A stretch of DNA of 33,377 nucleotides from a virus (IMGVR_UViG_3300020043_001113:1-33377), one strand, 5' to 3'; counted from the first letter of the stretch, positions 15,646-26,321 are shown. The notes: generated by a model not told the origin, from the letters alone. Made by a program: numbers and translations.

Positions 15646-18600
15646 GTTTTTCCTGTGCTGCCACCTTGTTCTGTACACCGGTGATGTCACTCTCCAATAC
15701 CACAACCTTAGCCATTGGAATCTTGCCACCACTTTGACCATTCATTAACTCCTCAATGTTGGTACCCTGTGTATTCTGAGATACGGTGAATGAACTAGCA
15801 GATGCTCCTGCCATACCTGCACCACCACCTTCAGCAAAACTAGGCATTGATGGTGCTGCTCCTGCCTTGTATTTCTGTGCTGCAATGGCTGCAATCTGCG
15901 CTGCACCAATTGCCGTGGCAGATGCTATCCCTGCAATACCCAATGGAGATGGTGGTGGACCAAATTCTGCAATAGCTTTGACAATTGCCATGGCTGTACC
16001 GGTAATTGCGCTCGCAATCTTGAAAGCCTTGTCACGTTCAAACTGCTGTTTTTTAATTTTCTCTTCACGTTCAAACATTGCCAGCTGGATCTTGTATGTA
16101 TCCATAGCATATTTCTTCTCAATGGCTTTCTTTTGTTCAGCAGTCAGATTCTCATTAGCCAATTCAGCAGCTTTCTTATCTTCTAAATCCTTGATCCGTT
16201 GCTCATCCGCTGTACGTTGTCTTTCAAGAATACCATTTTGTGCCTCATTGATGCTGTTGTTAATTTCTCCAAGTGTATCCAAATATCCTTGGATCATGGT
16301 CAACGTATCTGTAATGCCCTGCAATTGTAACTCTCTCGCCTCTTTTGCCTTGGCATCAATGATCTCCTGCTGCTTAATAGCTGATTCTGTTTGTAATCTT
16401 ATCAGCGCATCCTGGTATTGTTGCTCATTGATAAATCCATTCGTGTATCCTATGGTCAATTGTGCCTCAGTCTCTTGCTCCTTGCGTCTCAATTCCAATA
16501 TCTCAGCATCGTACTTATCACGCACCATTGCTTGATACTTTTCATTTCTGTTGAATGCAATCTCTGCCTGCTTATCAGTGAACGCTTTGTCCATTGCCTC
16601 CAATTCTTGCCTGTAGGTTTCCTCAGTTATGGCCTGTGCTTTCAACATCTCAGTTAGCTTCTGAGCCTTTGCGCTTTGAGTCTTGGTAAATTCAAACAAT
16701 TCCTTATCAAATTCATCACCCAATGTAGCCTGGTATTCCTCCTGTAGCTTCTCTCGTATATCCAAATACTTCTGATCAATGCCAGCTAAGTCTTTGTTCA
16801 ATAGTGCCTCCTTGCTCATCAATACCTTGCGCTCCTCCTCACTCAGATTGTTGACAGCATTCATCCGGATGGCTGCAATATTCTGTTCATACTGCTCCTT
16901 GGTGATTTTACCCTTGGCAAATTTCTCCTCCTCTGCTTTCAATTCAGCAGCAATGGTTTTATCCAGAAAGCTAGTCTTATATTCCTCAAATGCCCGGATT
17001 GCTTGCTCCCTTTCCTTCTCTTGCCCATCCTCTTTCAATGACAGCAAATTGTCCTGGTATTCCTTTTCCAATGCCAGCAACTCAGCCCGCTCTGCTTTTT
17101 CTATTTCTATGATTGCTCTGCGCTTGTCTTCTGCCGCTTGTGCAGATGCCTCTGCTGCTTGTCTCGCTGCCTCTGCTCTTTCCTTTGCTGCCTCTCTTGC
17201 TGCCTGTGCTTGCTCAGCATCAAACACTTTTAGGTCCTGAGTATTCTTATACAGCGCATGATTGTTCTCCTTGGCTTGCTTACGGAAGTTCTGCATTTCC
17301 TTCTGTAGCTTTTTATACCTGTCGCTGTCCTGATCACCCAACTTTTTCAACATCTGCATCTCCTGCCAGTAGTTATTCATTCGCTGCTGGATGTTGGTTT
17401 TCAATTGTTTTGTGGTGTTGATCATTGCCACAATTTTCTTGCGCTCTAATTCCACCGTACTTTTACCGGATGCCTGAGCCATGCGAATCTCAAAGTCATA
17501 TCCTGCCTGAATCTTTGCACCTCTTGCCTTAATGTTGCTTGCCTCCTTTTTCAATTCCTTATCACGTTCCTTAGTACGTTTCTCGGCATTGGCTTTCATT
17601 TTCCTGGTCTGCTCCTCATCAATAATACCGAAATACTCCAATGCTTTAATGGCCCCATAGATCACACCAATGAATGGAAATATAATGGAGATTACAATCT
17701 TGACAGCTGGTCCTAATTTATTAAACCAATCGTATGCTCTCACCAATGCATCACTGATCTGCCTCCAATATGTAACTAATAATGCTACAGCCACAATGAT
17801 GGCACCTATTCCTGTGGCAATCATAGCTACCCTCAATGCCTTGGTTGCCAACGTTGCTGTGGTAGTGGCTGCTGCGTTTGCACTATTGGCTGCTGCCAAT
17901 CCTGTAGTGGCAACTGTTTGCGCTCCCTTCGTTGTGGTCTCACTCACACCAGCTGCAATCTGTTCACCTGTTGCCAATACCTCACCCTCCTTGGCTACGG
18001 TCAACGCTCCTGTTGCTCCTGTCGCTGCAACATCGGCAGCTGTTGATGCACCTGTGGCAACTGTCTCAGCACTCTCTGCTGCTATCAATTCACCCTCAGC
18101 TGCAACCAATGCCTCCGTTGCTGTGAATTGTCCTGTCAATACAAAATTACGTACACTATCCGCTGCGTTACGCAACGTTGTCATAATCAACCCTTGTCGT
18201 TGTAGTGCAATGCTCACCTGCTGAATGGAAGTCAACACCGTTACAGCCAACTGCATCTTTTGCATTGCCTTGGTCATTGTTTCAGATTCAATGCCTGCCA
18301 ACTTCATTGAGGCCTCAAATCCTTGCATCCCTGCCATTGCTGTGTTACCAACTGACAGCGCAGTATTCAACCGCATACCTCCCTGCATCATGGCATCAAT
18401 CTGCATATCAACACCCTGCAATTGCTTCTTATATTCAACCAACTGCTGTGCGCTCTGCCTGAATTCCTTAGTGTTCTGCTTGCCTTGCGCTTGCAATGCA
18501 TACATCCTATCCTCTAGCTTACCAATTGACCCACTTAAATCGTTGGTACTGATCATTTGTGTCTCCACGGCCATATCAGCATCAAGCAATGTAGTCTTGT

Positions 18601-19177
18601 ACTTGGCTATCTGTGTAGTGAGATCACGGTATTCCTTGGTGTTCTGCTTACCCTGTACGGCTAAGCGGTACATTCTATCCTCCAATAGACCAACAGCTGC
18701 TGATGTGTCATCCATAGAGATGGAGGATTGATCCACAATGGCATCAACTTCACGTTGTACTGTCTTTAGCCTGGTCAATTCAGCAAACAAATCCTTAAAT
18801 TCCTGCGTATTCTTGCCGGAAGTTGCGGCCAATGTATAGAGCCTGTCCTCCATTGCGGATATAGACCCACTCACATCGTTCATGTTTACACCCAAAACCT
18901 TGATATCAGACTCTACGCCACTGAATACCGTTTGCAACCTACCTAATTCCTTGCCTAGTGCTTTGTATTCTGTGGTGTTTCGCTTACCAGCCATAGCAAG
19001 TTTTTCCATCTGAGCCTCCAATTCCTTGATGGCCGTGCCCAAATCCTGCTCTGCTGTTTGACTCAATGAATTCAAATCCTTGTTCAAAGTCTGTGTTGAC
19101 TTGTCAAGTTTTTGTACTTGGCTCACAGCATTACCTGTGTCCAATTTGAGCCTGAATATCGCCTCCTTGTTTGCCAT
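15632..19177 (-). CDS. Tail tape measure protein
   Basis: Longest ORF (1181 aa); long coiled coils, a hydrophobic IATGIGAIIVAVALL segment and a C-terminal GAAQIAAIAAQK motif. Confidence 0.9.
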   Translation of the reverse strand: MANKEAIFRLKLDTGNAVSQVQKLDKSTQTLNKDLNSLSQTAEQDLGTAIKELEAQMEKLAMAGKRNTTEYKALGKELGRLQTVFSGVESDIKVLGVNMNDVSGSISAMEDRLYTLAATSGKNTQEFKDLFAELTRLKTVQREVDAIVDQSSISMDDTSAAVGLLEDRMYRLAVQGKQNTKEYRDLTTQIAKYKTTLLDADMAVETQMISTNDLSGSIGKLEDRMYALQAQGKQNTKEFRQSAQQLVEYKKQLQGVDMQIDAMMQGGMRLNTALSVGNTAMAGMQGFEASMKLAGIESETMTKAMQKMQLAVTVLTSIQQVSIALQRQGLIMTTLRNAADSVRNFVLTGQFTATEALVAAEGELIAAESAETVATGASTAADVAATGATGALTVAKEGEVLATGEQIAAGVSETTTKGAQTVATTGLAAANSANAAATTTATLATKALRVAMIATGIGAIIVAVALLVTYWRQISDALVRAYDWFNKLGPAVKIVISIIFPFIGVIYGAIKALEYFGIIDEEQTRKMKANAEKRTKERDKELKKEASNIKARGAKIQAGYDFEIRMAQASGKSTVELERKKIVAMINTTKQLKTNIQQRMNNYWQEMQMLKKLGDQDSDRYKKLQKEMQNFRKQAKENNHALYKNTQDLKVFDAEQAQAAREAAKERAEAARQAAEASAQAAEDKRRAIIEIEKAERAELLALEKEYQDNLLSLKEDGQEKEREQAIRAFEEYKTSFLDKTIAAELKAEEEKFAKGKITKEQYEQNIAAIRMNAVNNLSEEERKVLMSKEALLNKDLAGIDQKYLDIREKLQEEYQATLGDEFDKELFEFTKTQSAKAQKLTEMLKAQAITEETYRQELEAMDKAFTDKQAEIAFNRNEKYQAMVRDKYDAEILELRRKEQETEAQLTIGYTNGFINEQQYQDALIRLQTESAIKQQEIIDAKAKEARELQLQGITDTLTMIQGYLDTLGEINNSINEAQNGILERQRTADEQRIKDLEDKKAAELANENLTAEQKKAIEKKYAMDTYKIQLAMFEREEKIKKQQFERDKAFKIASAITGTAMAIVKAIAEFGPPPSPLGIAGIASATAIGAAQIAAIAAQKYKAGAAPSMPSFAEGGGAGMAGASASSFTVSQNTQGTNIEELMNGQSGGKIPMAKVVVLESDITGVQNKVAAQEKLSTY

Positions 19178-19178
19178 G

Positions 19179-19430
19179 CTATAGGATTACTTCAACCGCT
19201 CCTGTGCTGATTTGTATGTTGGTAAAAAATGCCCCAGCACGTGCAGCAATGATAGTACCGGCTGGTATTTCTACTCCTGTATCGGCAATATAAAATCCAG
19301 CCCTCTGACCCTTGGAATCCTCTAGGTTGCTAAACAATGCAGCCTGTACCACATGCACAGCTTGCGCCCTGCCTATATATTGTGCGCTGTCGTAATTCAA
19401 GATGTATGTACCCTTTTTCCTTTCCATCAT
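19179..19430 (-). CDS. Small hypothetical structural-region protein
   Basis: Coupled ORF directly upstream of the tape measure gene. Confidence 0.6.
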   Translation of the reverse strand: MMERKKGTYILNYDSAQYIGRAQAVHVVQAALFSNLEDSKGQRAGFYIADTGVEIPAGTIIAARAGAFFTNIQISTGAVEVIL

Positions 19431-19654
19431 TTTTGATATAAGTTATTAACAAATTCGTCTATGTTGACATATGCCAAACCATTAATTGTCTGACTCAAAT
19501 CCAACAGCAACACCCCATTATCGGTACCAACTAACACCTGTGTGTCGCTCATTATTTTCTCATCAATCAATATGCCGTTGTCATCCCATGGCTGGAATAG
19601 ATACGTTGCATCATGCAGCATAAATCCTCTATCTATTGTCGTGATGTTATTCAT
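19427..19654 (-). CDS. Small hypothetical protein (likely start 19654; ORF extends to 19672)
   Basis: Tiles the space between its neighbours with short overlaps. Confidence 0.6.
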   Translation of the reverse strand: MNNITTIDRGFMLHDATYLFQPWDDNGILIDEKIMSDTQVLVGTDNGVLLLDLSQTINGLAYVNIDEFVNNLYQK

Positions 19655-20261
19655 ACAATGTAGCTTTACCAAATTGAATCAATCCTGTGTCACCTGAATT
19701 GGATAGCTGAATTACAAACAAGATGTAATATGCCTGTGTCTCATCGTAGGTAATCACGGTATTTGTACCTGTGTTTACATAGTCATCCGCAACCGTAGCA
19801 CCGCTGTTGATCACTGTCAATTGATTGGTGGATGGATTAATGAACAATGACCTTAATCCAGCAGTATAGTATTGCGATACAGTCATTGATAAAAAGCTAC
19901 CCAACAATGTGGCACCGGTCAGGTTATTAGCTGTGTTGATGTAGATGCTGAACGCTATTGTTGACGCTGTTCCACTCACACGAATTGCCCTGCCTTGTAT
20001 CTCCAATACAGATGCCACGCTTATGGTATTGGCTGGAATCAATATGGATGCGCTGCTAGTTAATGCTGTGGTGCCTGTGACATTGGTACCTGTCACTAGG
20101 TCAATGGTTCTAGGGTTGCTGACAATAGCACTCTTCAGCTGTGCAACTGTCATCTTGCGGCTGTCGTAGTTACCACCTCCTGCGTCCTCAGCTAATTCCA
20201 ATAGATCAGTATCTGCGACTGCTCCGGCTAAGGCTGTTAATTGGCTTATCTTTTTTGGCAT
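19647..20261 (-). CDS. Tail fibre/spike-like protein
   Basis: N-terminal KKISQLT......TDLL.....SRKMTVAQLK fibre-type module plus a Thr/Ser-rich beta domain. Confidence 0.6.
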   Translation of the reverse strand: MPKKISQLTALAGAVADTDLLELAEDAGGGNYDSRKMTVAQLKSAIVSNPRTIDLVTGTNVTGTTALTSSASILIPANTISVASVLEIQGRAIRVSGTASTIAFSIYINTANNLTGATLLGSFLSMTVSQYYTAGLRSLFINPSTNQLTVINSGATVADDYVNTGTNTVITYDETQAYYILFVIQLSNSGDTGLIQFGKATLYE

Positions 20262-20262
20262 G

Positions 20263-22593
20263 TTAGTCTATTCTTCTATATTCACCATCTTGTGTCTGAC
20301 GCAGTATTCCATCCTCCGTCTGCCTCCAATTGAATGTACCAATCGCATCGTAAATTACTTCAATCACTCTGCCACTGATACCCTCTCCCTCAATTATGCG
20401 AATCAGTTCCACTTTTGTACTCTCATCCTTACCGCTATCATAATCCTTAATGGCCTGCAATCGGAACACAACCCCATCAATCATGATCAAGTTACGGAAA
20501 TCTAAGGTATTGATGTCATTGCTGTCCAGCATTACTGACAATTGCACCTCCTTGCCGTACCTAGATAGCAGCTCCTTGATAAATTTCTCATGATAAAAGT
20601 ACAGATTGTCTGTAGGATATTGACCTGTAATCCAATAAACATAGTCAGGCACACCCCAATTCAAATCAAACGTGGGTGTATCCAAGCTGTCTAGATGACC
20701 AACATAGGGATAATCTGTCTCGTTGTAGCTTACACCATTCTCATCAACATGTATCCAGGCACCGGTGCGCAATCCACCAAGCTGAACAATGAATGGCTTG
20801 CCCTTGATTTGTTGCATTGTACTGCTGCCATCCTCATTCTGCTGTATCTGAAATGAACGTGGTACAATCAAATCTGTGAATGAGATGTCATCATATGGAA
20901 TCTGTGCCAACAGCTTTTGGCTGAATGGTACCGTATACTCAGTATCTCCCTGGGCAAATTGGTTGGTGCTGCTTATGGTAAAGTTACCATACTCCTTCCC
21001 TAAATCCGTTCTGTACTTGGTGTTGAAGTAGTCCTCATCCATCTGCCAGCTAAAAATATAGTTCTTAGATGCATAGTTGATTGTAGGAATTACACTCATA
21101 TCTTTACTCCAATCCACCTTGGTAGTCCAATTTACTGCATCCGCTGAGCTGTTGTAGAAATCATTTAATGGCTCAATCTCCATGATTGTCGGATCGTCCA
21201 CATTGGGTTTCACATACAGATTGAACATGGTCACCAATCCCTTAAAGAAAGCCCCAGCATCCATCTGTGGAAGGAATGTGCTAATGTTAACCTGTGAGCC
21301 AGCTGTTAAATTCTGTATTTTTTTGATCACATCAATGTTACTGCCAGCAGATGCTAACTCATATTCTATGGCATCCAATGCGCTTGGTGTTGTACTATTG
21401 GTGTTAAATCTAGCCTTAATCTCACAACGCAATTCTTGATTGATCAGCATGTAAAAATCTCGGCTGTATGTGAAATTGATGTTTAAACTCTGAGGTGTAG
21501 AATACCCAACTATGGTACCTTGGTACACCACATCATTACTCACCAGGCTATTGTCAACAAACACATGCAACTCTAGAATGTACTCTGTGTTGAATGTATT
21601 GGCTGATGGTGTAATATCCAGCGTATGGTCACCATAATAATCAACCGTGAATGTACCCTCACTTGACGCCACAAACTGCATGGCATTGGTCTGTTGTACT
21701 TGATTGGATGGATCAGTCACAATAGTGACATCTACAGGATCGTATTGGTATGCTTCAGTCCATTGCTGTGCTACCGCATATTGATAATAATAAATCAAGT
21801 ACCCACTTGCATCGTTCAGTTCTGTCATGGTTGCACTCTGCGCAGCTGATGCTGTGCTATCCACTTGTGGCAGGACTCCACCCTCAAATGCCAACAGCAA
21901 TCTTTTGAATCGCTGTGATTCCAAAAATGTACTGCTCCATGTCAAACCACAATAGTCAAACGCATGCTTTAGGATGTCGTACACAAATATCTGTGGTGGT
22001 ATTTGATCCACTTCAAATGTATCTCCGGTCACTCGCTGGTATCCGTAATCAATCAAACCGTAATAATACCCCAACCCTGTATAATTACCTGCCACCACGT
22101 TCGGTGTTGTTACTCCATTCAATTCAATGTTGCCTGCCCAATTGCTCACTTGATTGGCACGTGTGTACAGATGGTTGTATTCTGACATGTCCAACTCGGA
22201 CAACTTGACCTTAGCCAATCTACCAATGTAGTCAATTGTCTCAGATATCAACAGGATGTCAAACTCCCATGTACCTTGGCTGTATCTGCACTCGCTAAGC
22301 TGTGCCACACCTTGGAATTCTAGCAGGCTGTTGTGGTAATATCGTGCAGGTATCCGGACAGCAGGATCAAAGTTTAAAAACGTACTACTGATACCGCTAT
22401 CTGTTTCCGATGCACTCCAGCTGTACACCTGTGCCATCAATGCACAATTGACCTGTGTGCCTGGTAGCTTGATGGTCTTGGAATTGTTTCCCTTCCGTGC
22501 AGTTAGGTCCTTAATGTCCGATATGTTGAATGTCAGAGGAAAAGGTATCTGATCATTCAAATCAACCTTAATATTGTTTAGGTACAATTCCAT
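20263..22593 (-). CDS. Tail tip / baseplate hub-like protein
   Basis: 776 aa; N-terminal ISDIKD...RK...SKTI.LPGT motif, internal Ig-like insert, C-terminal QTEDG/QTQDG repeat. Confidence 0.65.
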   Translation of the reverse strand: MELYLNNIKVDLNDQIPFPLTFNISDIKDLTARKGNNSKTIKLPGTQVNCALMAQVYSWSASETDSGISSTFLNFDPAVRIPARYYHNSLLEFQGVAQLSECRYSQGTWEFDILLISETIDYIGRLAKVKLSELDMSEYNHLYTRANQVSNWAGNIELNGVTTPNVVAGNYTGLGYYYGLIDYGYQRVTGDTFEVDQIPPQIFVYDILKHAFDYCGLTWSSTFLESQRFKRLLLAFEGGVLPQVDSTASAAQSATMTELNDASGYLIYYYQYAVAQQWTEAYQYDPVDVTIVTDPSNQVQQTNAMQFVASSEGTFTVDYYGDHTLDITPSANTFNTEYILELHVFVDNSLVSNDVVYQGTIVGYSTPQSLNINFTYSRDFYMLINQELRCEIKARFNTNSTTPSALDAIEYELASAGSNIDVIKKIQNLTAGSQVNISTFLPQMDAGAFFKGLVTMFNLYVKPNVDDPTIMEIEPLNDFYNSSADAVNWTTKVDWSKDMSVIPTINYASKNYIFSWQMDEDYFNTKYRTDLGKEYGNFTISSTNQFAQGDTEYTVPFSQKLLAQIPYDDISFTDLIVPRSFQIQQNEDGSSTMQQIKGKPFIVQLGGLRTGAWIHVDENGVSYNETDYPYVGHLDSLDTPTFDLNWGVPDYVYWITGQYPTDNLYFYHEKFIKELLSRYGKEVQLSVMLDSNDINTLDFRNLIMIDGVVFRLQAIKDYDSGKDESTKVELIRIIEGEGISGRVIEVIYDAIGTFNWRQTEDGILRQTQDGEYRRID

Positions 22594-23786
22594 CAGTTCA
22601 GCTGGCTTATGTATTCGTATGTCTTGTCAATCTGTACCAACTCCTGTATCAATCCATCCTTGCGTCGCAGCTTCTTGACATAGTTCGGATTGGTAACCAT
22701 CACAGGTACAAATTGTGAACCTTGCTCAATGTACACTCTTGGACTCTCATATAGCTCCTCCACTAGCCAATGCTGTACAGCCTCCTTAATCCAATCGCTG
22801 TTGATTATCATTTGCTCTACAGCTCGCTTAGAATAGTGCTGCATCTGTGGTGAATTGTTTAAAAATGAATATGCTCCACTATCACCCCATTGCCCCAATT
22901 GACGCTGATAATTGTTTGCAGTTACCGATCCACTATCTTGGCTTACCAAATCAAAACTAAATGAATCATATACCCCAAACTTGTTCAGCCAATGTAACCT
23001 TACCGGATTGTACCTGGTGCAGTCTTGATCATACCAAATTGTAAACACCTCCGTGTAATTGGTAGTGACTCCATCACTGTATTCAACATAGCATTGGTAA
23101 TATGCTGCCAAGTCAAATTGATTCTGTGTGATGCTGGTATTTGACACAATCACCTCAGGCCCGACATTCAACTCCCAATACCTTTCATACCCTATGTTGT
23201 AGGCATCCGATGTGATGCTGTTGCCATTGGCATCGTACAATTCAATGAACAGCCTCCACACATCACCCATAACAAACCGCTTACCAAACAAGCCAAGGAA
23301 GAAATACTCATCGTATCGGCACCATGCTTTTTCTGTTCGTGGAAAATTGGTAGTGAACAATGCCCCATCTACTTCCTTGACATCATAGTTATCACTATTC
23401 CAATTGATAAACTGCCTGTATTTGAATGAGCCATTGAATGCCCTTCTCAATGTAGCCTGTGCATTGGCTTGCAATGTCGGAGGTGTTCCATATCTTTCGT
23501 ACACATCAACCCAACAGGTGAGCATGGCTGTACCAAAGTCCTGCACAAAAGCTGAATCAGCCACAGGTGTTGTGGTTAATGATCTCATTATCTGACTCCC
23601 ATCAAACTTGCCATAGATGCCTGACTCAGGGAACACCGTGTGTGCGCTGTGCAGATTACCCTGTACATAAAACTCCACGTAAAAGCTAAAATTAGGCTGC
23701 GCTGTTTGGTTGCTGCTAAATGTCCATATGATTGGATTACCTGCTGCGCTATAGGTATCCGGTTGCTGTACTATTGTTACCGCCAT
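22593..23786 (-). CDS. Tail structural protein (distal-tail-like)
   Basis: WLNKFG.YDSF.F and L.ELY.SP.VY motifs; lies directly before the tail tip gene. Confidence 0.55.
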   Translation of the reverse strand: MAVTIVQQPDTYSAAGNPIIWTFSSNQTAQPNFSFYVEFYVQGNLHSAHTVFPESGIYGKFDGSQIMRSLTTTPVADSAFVQDFGTAMLTCWVDVYERYGTPPTLQANAQATLRRAFNGSFKYRQFINWNSDNYDVKEVDGALFTTNFPRTEKAWCRYDEYFFLGLFGKRFVMGDVWRLFIELYDANGNSITSDAYNIGYERYWELNVGPEVIVSNTSITQNQFDLAAYYQCYVEYSDGVTTNYTEVFTIWYDQDCTRYNPVRLHWLNKFGVYDSFSFDLVSQDSGSVTANNYQRQLGQWGDSGAYSFLNNSPQMQHYSKRAVEQMIINSDWIKEAVQHWLVEELYESPRVYIEQGSQFVPVMVTNPNYVKKLRRKDGLIQELVQIDKTYEYISQLN

Positions 23787-24307
23787 GTCTTTGTGTTTTT
23801 ATCCCATACCACTTCCAAGGTCATGCCCATCAATGTGCTGAGATCGTTACTCATTTTCTTCAATGCATCCTGTGTTACCGTGTCATCAATGATATTACGT
23901 GGTTTCAAACCGTACACATTCTTTGTCACATATGCAGATGCATAGGCTCGCTTTGCTGAGTATCCTTTCCATTCTTGCAATGCTTTCACATGACTTTCGG
24001 ATACATTTTTATATTTGAATTTATGTGGTGAATCGTATCTCTTACCTGTGGTAGGCTCTACACCCTCATCCATGAACTTGAAATAGTAATCAGCTTTGAT
24101 GCTTACCTTCATTTTGCCTGATGGCAGCGCAGCAATTGAGGAAGCCAATCCTCCTGTATTATCCGCTTTGCTCTCTACAGCATCACGCAAATCTAAAGTC
24201 AACTGCTTGGCTAATTCTAGCAGCATAGCCTCATAGGCATTGGCTGGCTTAGCCATATCGCCCTTGCTGATTCCAAGATTGTTTAGGTATTCATACTTAT
24301 CTGCCAT
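23777..24307 (-). CDS. Putative tail completion / morphogenesis protein (HK97 gp10-like)
   Basis: TGGLASSI...Y.KFMDEGV...GLKPRNII pattern. Confidence 0.55.
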   Translation of the reverse strand: MADKYEYLNNLGISKGDMAKPANAYEAMLLELAKQLTLDLRDAVESKADNTGGLASSIAALPSGKMKVSIKADYYFKFMDEGVEPTTGKRYDSPHKFKYKNVSESHVKALQEWKGYSAKRAYASAYVTKNVYGLKPRNIIDDTVTQDALKKMSNDLSTLMGMTLEVVWDKNTKTWR

Positions 24308-25114
24308 ATTTCGCTGCCATCTGTTGCTGGTGTTCCCTATCCCTTATGTATTTCTGTTCATCGGATATCTTTAGGTAGTTCATCCAAAACATGGTTTCTA
24401 TGTACGGCTGCTCCGTAATTTGGTCAATAGACCGCCCAAGTTCCTTAGCCAACCTAAGGATGACCCCTGTCCATGTGAACCACTCACTGTCTTTTGGACT
24501 TCCTTCATCAGCTTGATCCTCTGTGCTTCCATCCTCACTACCTGTAGTGCCAAAATAGCGTTTCTCCTGCTCTCGGATTCGTGCAAAAAAAAACCAAAGA
24601 AATTCAGAAATTCATCACCAGGGAACCGCTCCTTGAATAGTGCCTCCCTCTTTTCATTGGGATTCATCACTCTGCCTCTGTCATCCTTTTGGCAGTATTC
24701 CATCCCTTCCTCAATGTAGCATATCGCCAATGCCTTGTGAGGCTCCTCAGGTATGCGCTCTATCAACTTCATGTCAATCATTTGCCCTGTTGATATCTTG
24801 CTGAAATCCTTCTCATACACATATGCCTGCCCATCAATCACCACTCTGCCGGATGGCTCCTCCATCTGATGGTCACTGATCATATTCAACAAGCGGTAGC
24901 TCAGCCTCACCACATCGTCAACGGCTGCCCTCTTGATCTCATTGACCTTCAATCCTGTGAACACACTTACCACCTGCACATGGAAGTCCAGCATACCGCT
25001 CAGGTTACTCTGTGCCTCCTTCCATAGCGGTGCCATATGCAGCCACTTGGTGACCATAATTGGACTGCACTCCCTTATGTGCCTTGGATATTTTACCTCA
25101 ATTGTTGTACTCAT
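24297..25114 (-). CDS. Tail assembly chaperone, -1 frameshifted long form (about 272 aa, gpGT-like)
   Basis: Slippery GGT TTT TTT TTG at 24584-24595; the -1 frame stays open to TAA at 24297 and overlaps the start of the next gene. Confidence 0.75.
24344..24358 (-). promoter_or_regulatory. Putative phage late-promoter motif AACA-GAAA-TACATAA upstream of the tail operon
   Basis: 16-bp identity (TTATGTATTTCTGTTC) with the copy upstream of terS; 36 nt before the ATG at 24307. Confidence 0.65.
24398..25114 (-). CDS. Tail assembly chaperone, unshifted form (gpG-like)
   Basis: ISTGQMID...LAICY pattern and an FFGFFL slippery segment. Confidence 0.65.
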   Translation of the reverse strand: MSTTIEVKYPRHIRECSPIMVTKWLHMAPLWKEAQSNLSGMLDFHVQVVSVFTGLKVNEIKRAAVDDVVRLSYRLLNMISDHQMEEPSGRVVIDGQAYVYEKDFSKISTGQMIDMKLIERIPEEPHKALAICYIEEGMEYCQKDDRGRVMNPNEKREALFKERFPGDEFLNFFGFFLHESESRRNAILALQVVRMEAQRIKLMKEVQKTVSGSHGQGSSLGWLRNLGGLLTKLRSSRT

Positions 25115-26313
25115 ACTCTCATCACTTTATATTGTCCTCGTTTGCTGTATGCCTTTCTACAATGCCATGCCAATGCTAAGGATATCACCCCATCGTCATG
25201 CAAGCCATCCGGTGCTGCATACTTTACCGATCTTGTTGTCGGATTGTAAATGTACGTAAATGCCTCCAATTCATCAAGCAGCCACCGCTCATTGTGTACC
25301 TTAATGGCTGCCTGCTCAAATGCCACAGCTAGATCCTCAATCAATATGGGTTTGGACTTGGATGAGGTGATCCATGGCTCCACGTTGTTCCGGCACCTCT
25401 TGGCTAACATCTCATAGAACACATCACCCTGATTGTTGACCTCCACCAATGTTAGGGCATTGTGCTGTTTAATCCGTGCCTCCACCTGATCAATGATGTT
25501 TGACCATTCCATATGCCTCCACCTGTACACAGCCAGCATGTGCCCATTACTGTTGATCACGGATAGTACAGTGTAGTCATCAGCCCTACCAATGTCCAGA
25601 CCGGCATATGCCTTGCCTGTTGGTTGCCCTGTACCTATGCATGCCTGCACGTTGCGGAACAGCCCGGATGCATTGTCCACAAACTCAGCAAGGTATTCCT
25701 GTCGGAAGATATGGTCAGGTAGTGACCTCTTCCTCTCGTCCAAATCCTGTGCATCAATCAGCGGATTGTCGTAGCTGGTGAACTGAAAGTATTTGTACCT
25801 CTCATCATAGTTATGCTGTAGTGCCAACCTATGGAAGTGATTCCTTCCCTTCGGTGTTGATATAAACAGAACCTTCTTGCCCTTGACCAACACCGTGGCA
25901 GATAGTACCTCATCCCACAGCTCAGCCCTGGTGAATGCCATCTCATCAATGATCAGGTAGTCAAACGTGTTACCTCGGATGTTGTCGGGCTTCTCACCGG
26001 AATAAAATGTAATGGTGCTGCCAAATCCCTTGATCCATAAATCTGATCTGTGGAATTCAAAAAGGCCCGATGCCCTTGTCACTCGCTCCATCTCATCAAA
26101 GACCTTCTTGCTCTGCTTGTATACCGGTGTGACCCATGCAATGTTACAGCCCTTGTCATTGATTGCCCACCATAGCATCTGATTGATCCCTAGCAATGTC
26201 TTGCCAAACTGCCTGCCGATGTTCAGTACATAGTATTTGTATTCACCTAGATTGATTGAATCATGGATCAACCTTTGATTGGCATGGGGCTTATATCCTT
26301 TGACTGTGCTCAT
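25111..26313 (-). CDS. terL: Terminase large subunit
   Basis: Walker A GRQFGKT, Walker B LIIDEMAF, coupling motif ISTP, nuclease motifs GLDIG..DDYT and HDD.V.SLALA. Confidence 0.95.
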   Translation of the reverse strand: MSTVKGYKPHANQRLIHDSINLGEYKYYVLNIGRQFGKTLLGINQMLWWAINDKGCNIAWVTPVYKQSKKVFDEMERVTRASGLFEFHRSDLWIKGFGSTITFYSGEKPDNIRGNTFDYLIIDEMAFTRAELWDEVLSATVLVKGKKVLFISTPKGRNHFHRLALQHNYDERYKYFQFTSYDNPLIDAQDLDERKRSLPDHIFRQEYLAEFVDNASGLFRNVQACIGTGQPTGKAYAGLDIGRADDYTVLSVINSNGHMLAVYRWRHMEWSNIIDQVEARIKQHNALTLVEVNNQGDVFYEMLAKRCRNNVEPWITSSKSKPILIEDLAVAFEQAAIKVHNERWLLDELEAFTYIYNPTTRSVKYAAPDGLHDDGVISLALAWHCRKAYSKRGQYKVMRV

Positions 26314-26321
26314 ATCATAAC

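Noticed and set aside
22607-22621. TACATAA upstream of the tail tip gene as a further late promoter
   Set aside because: It lacks the AACA half of the motif. It could be a weak site but is not supportable.
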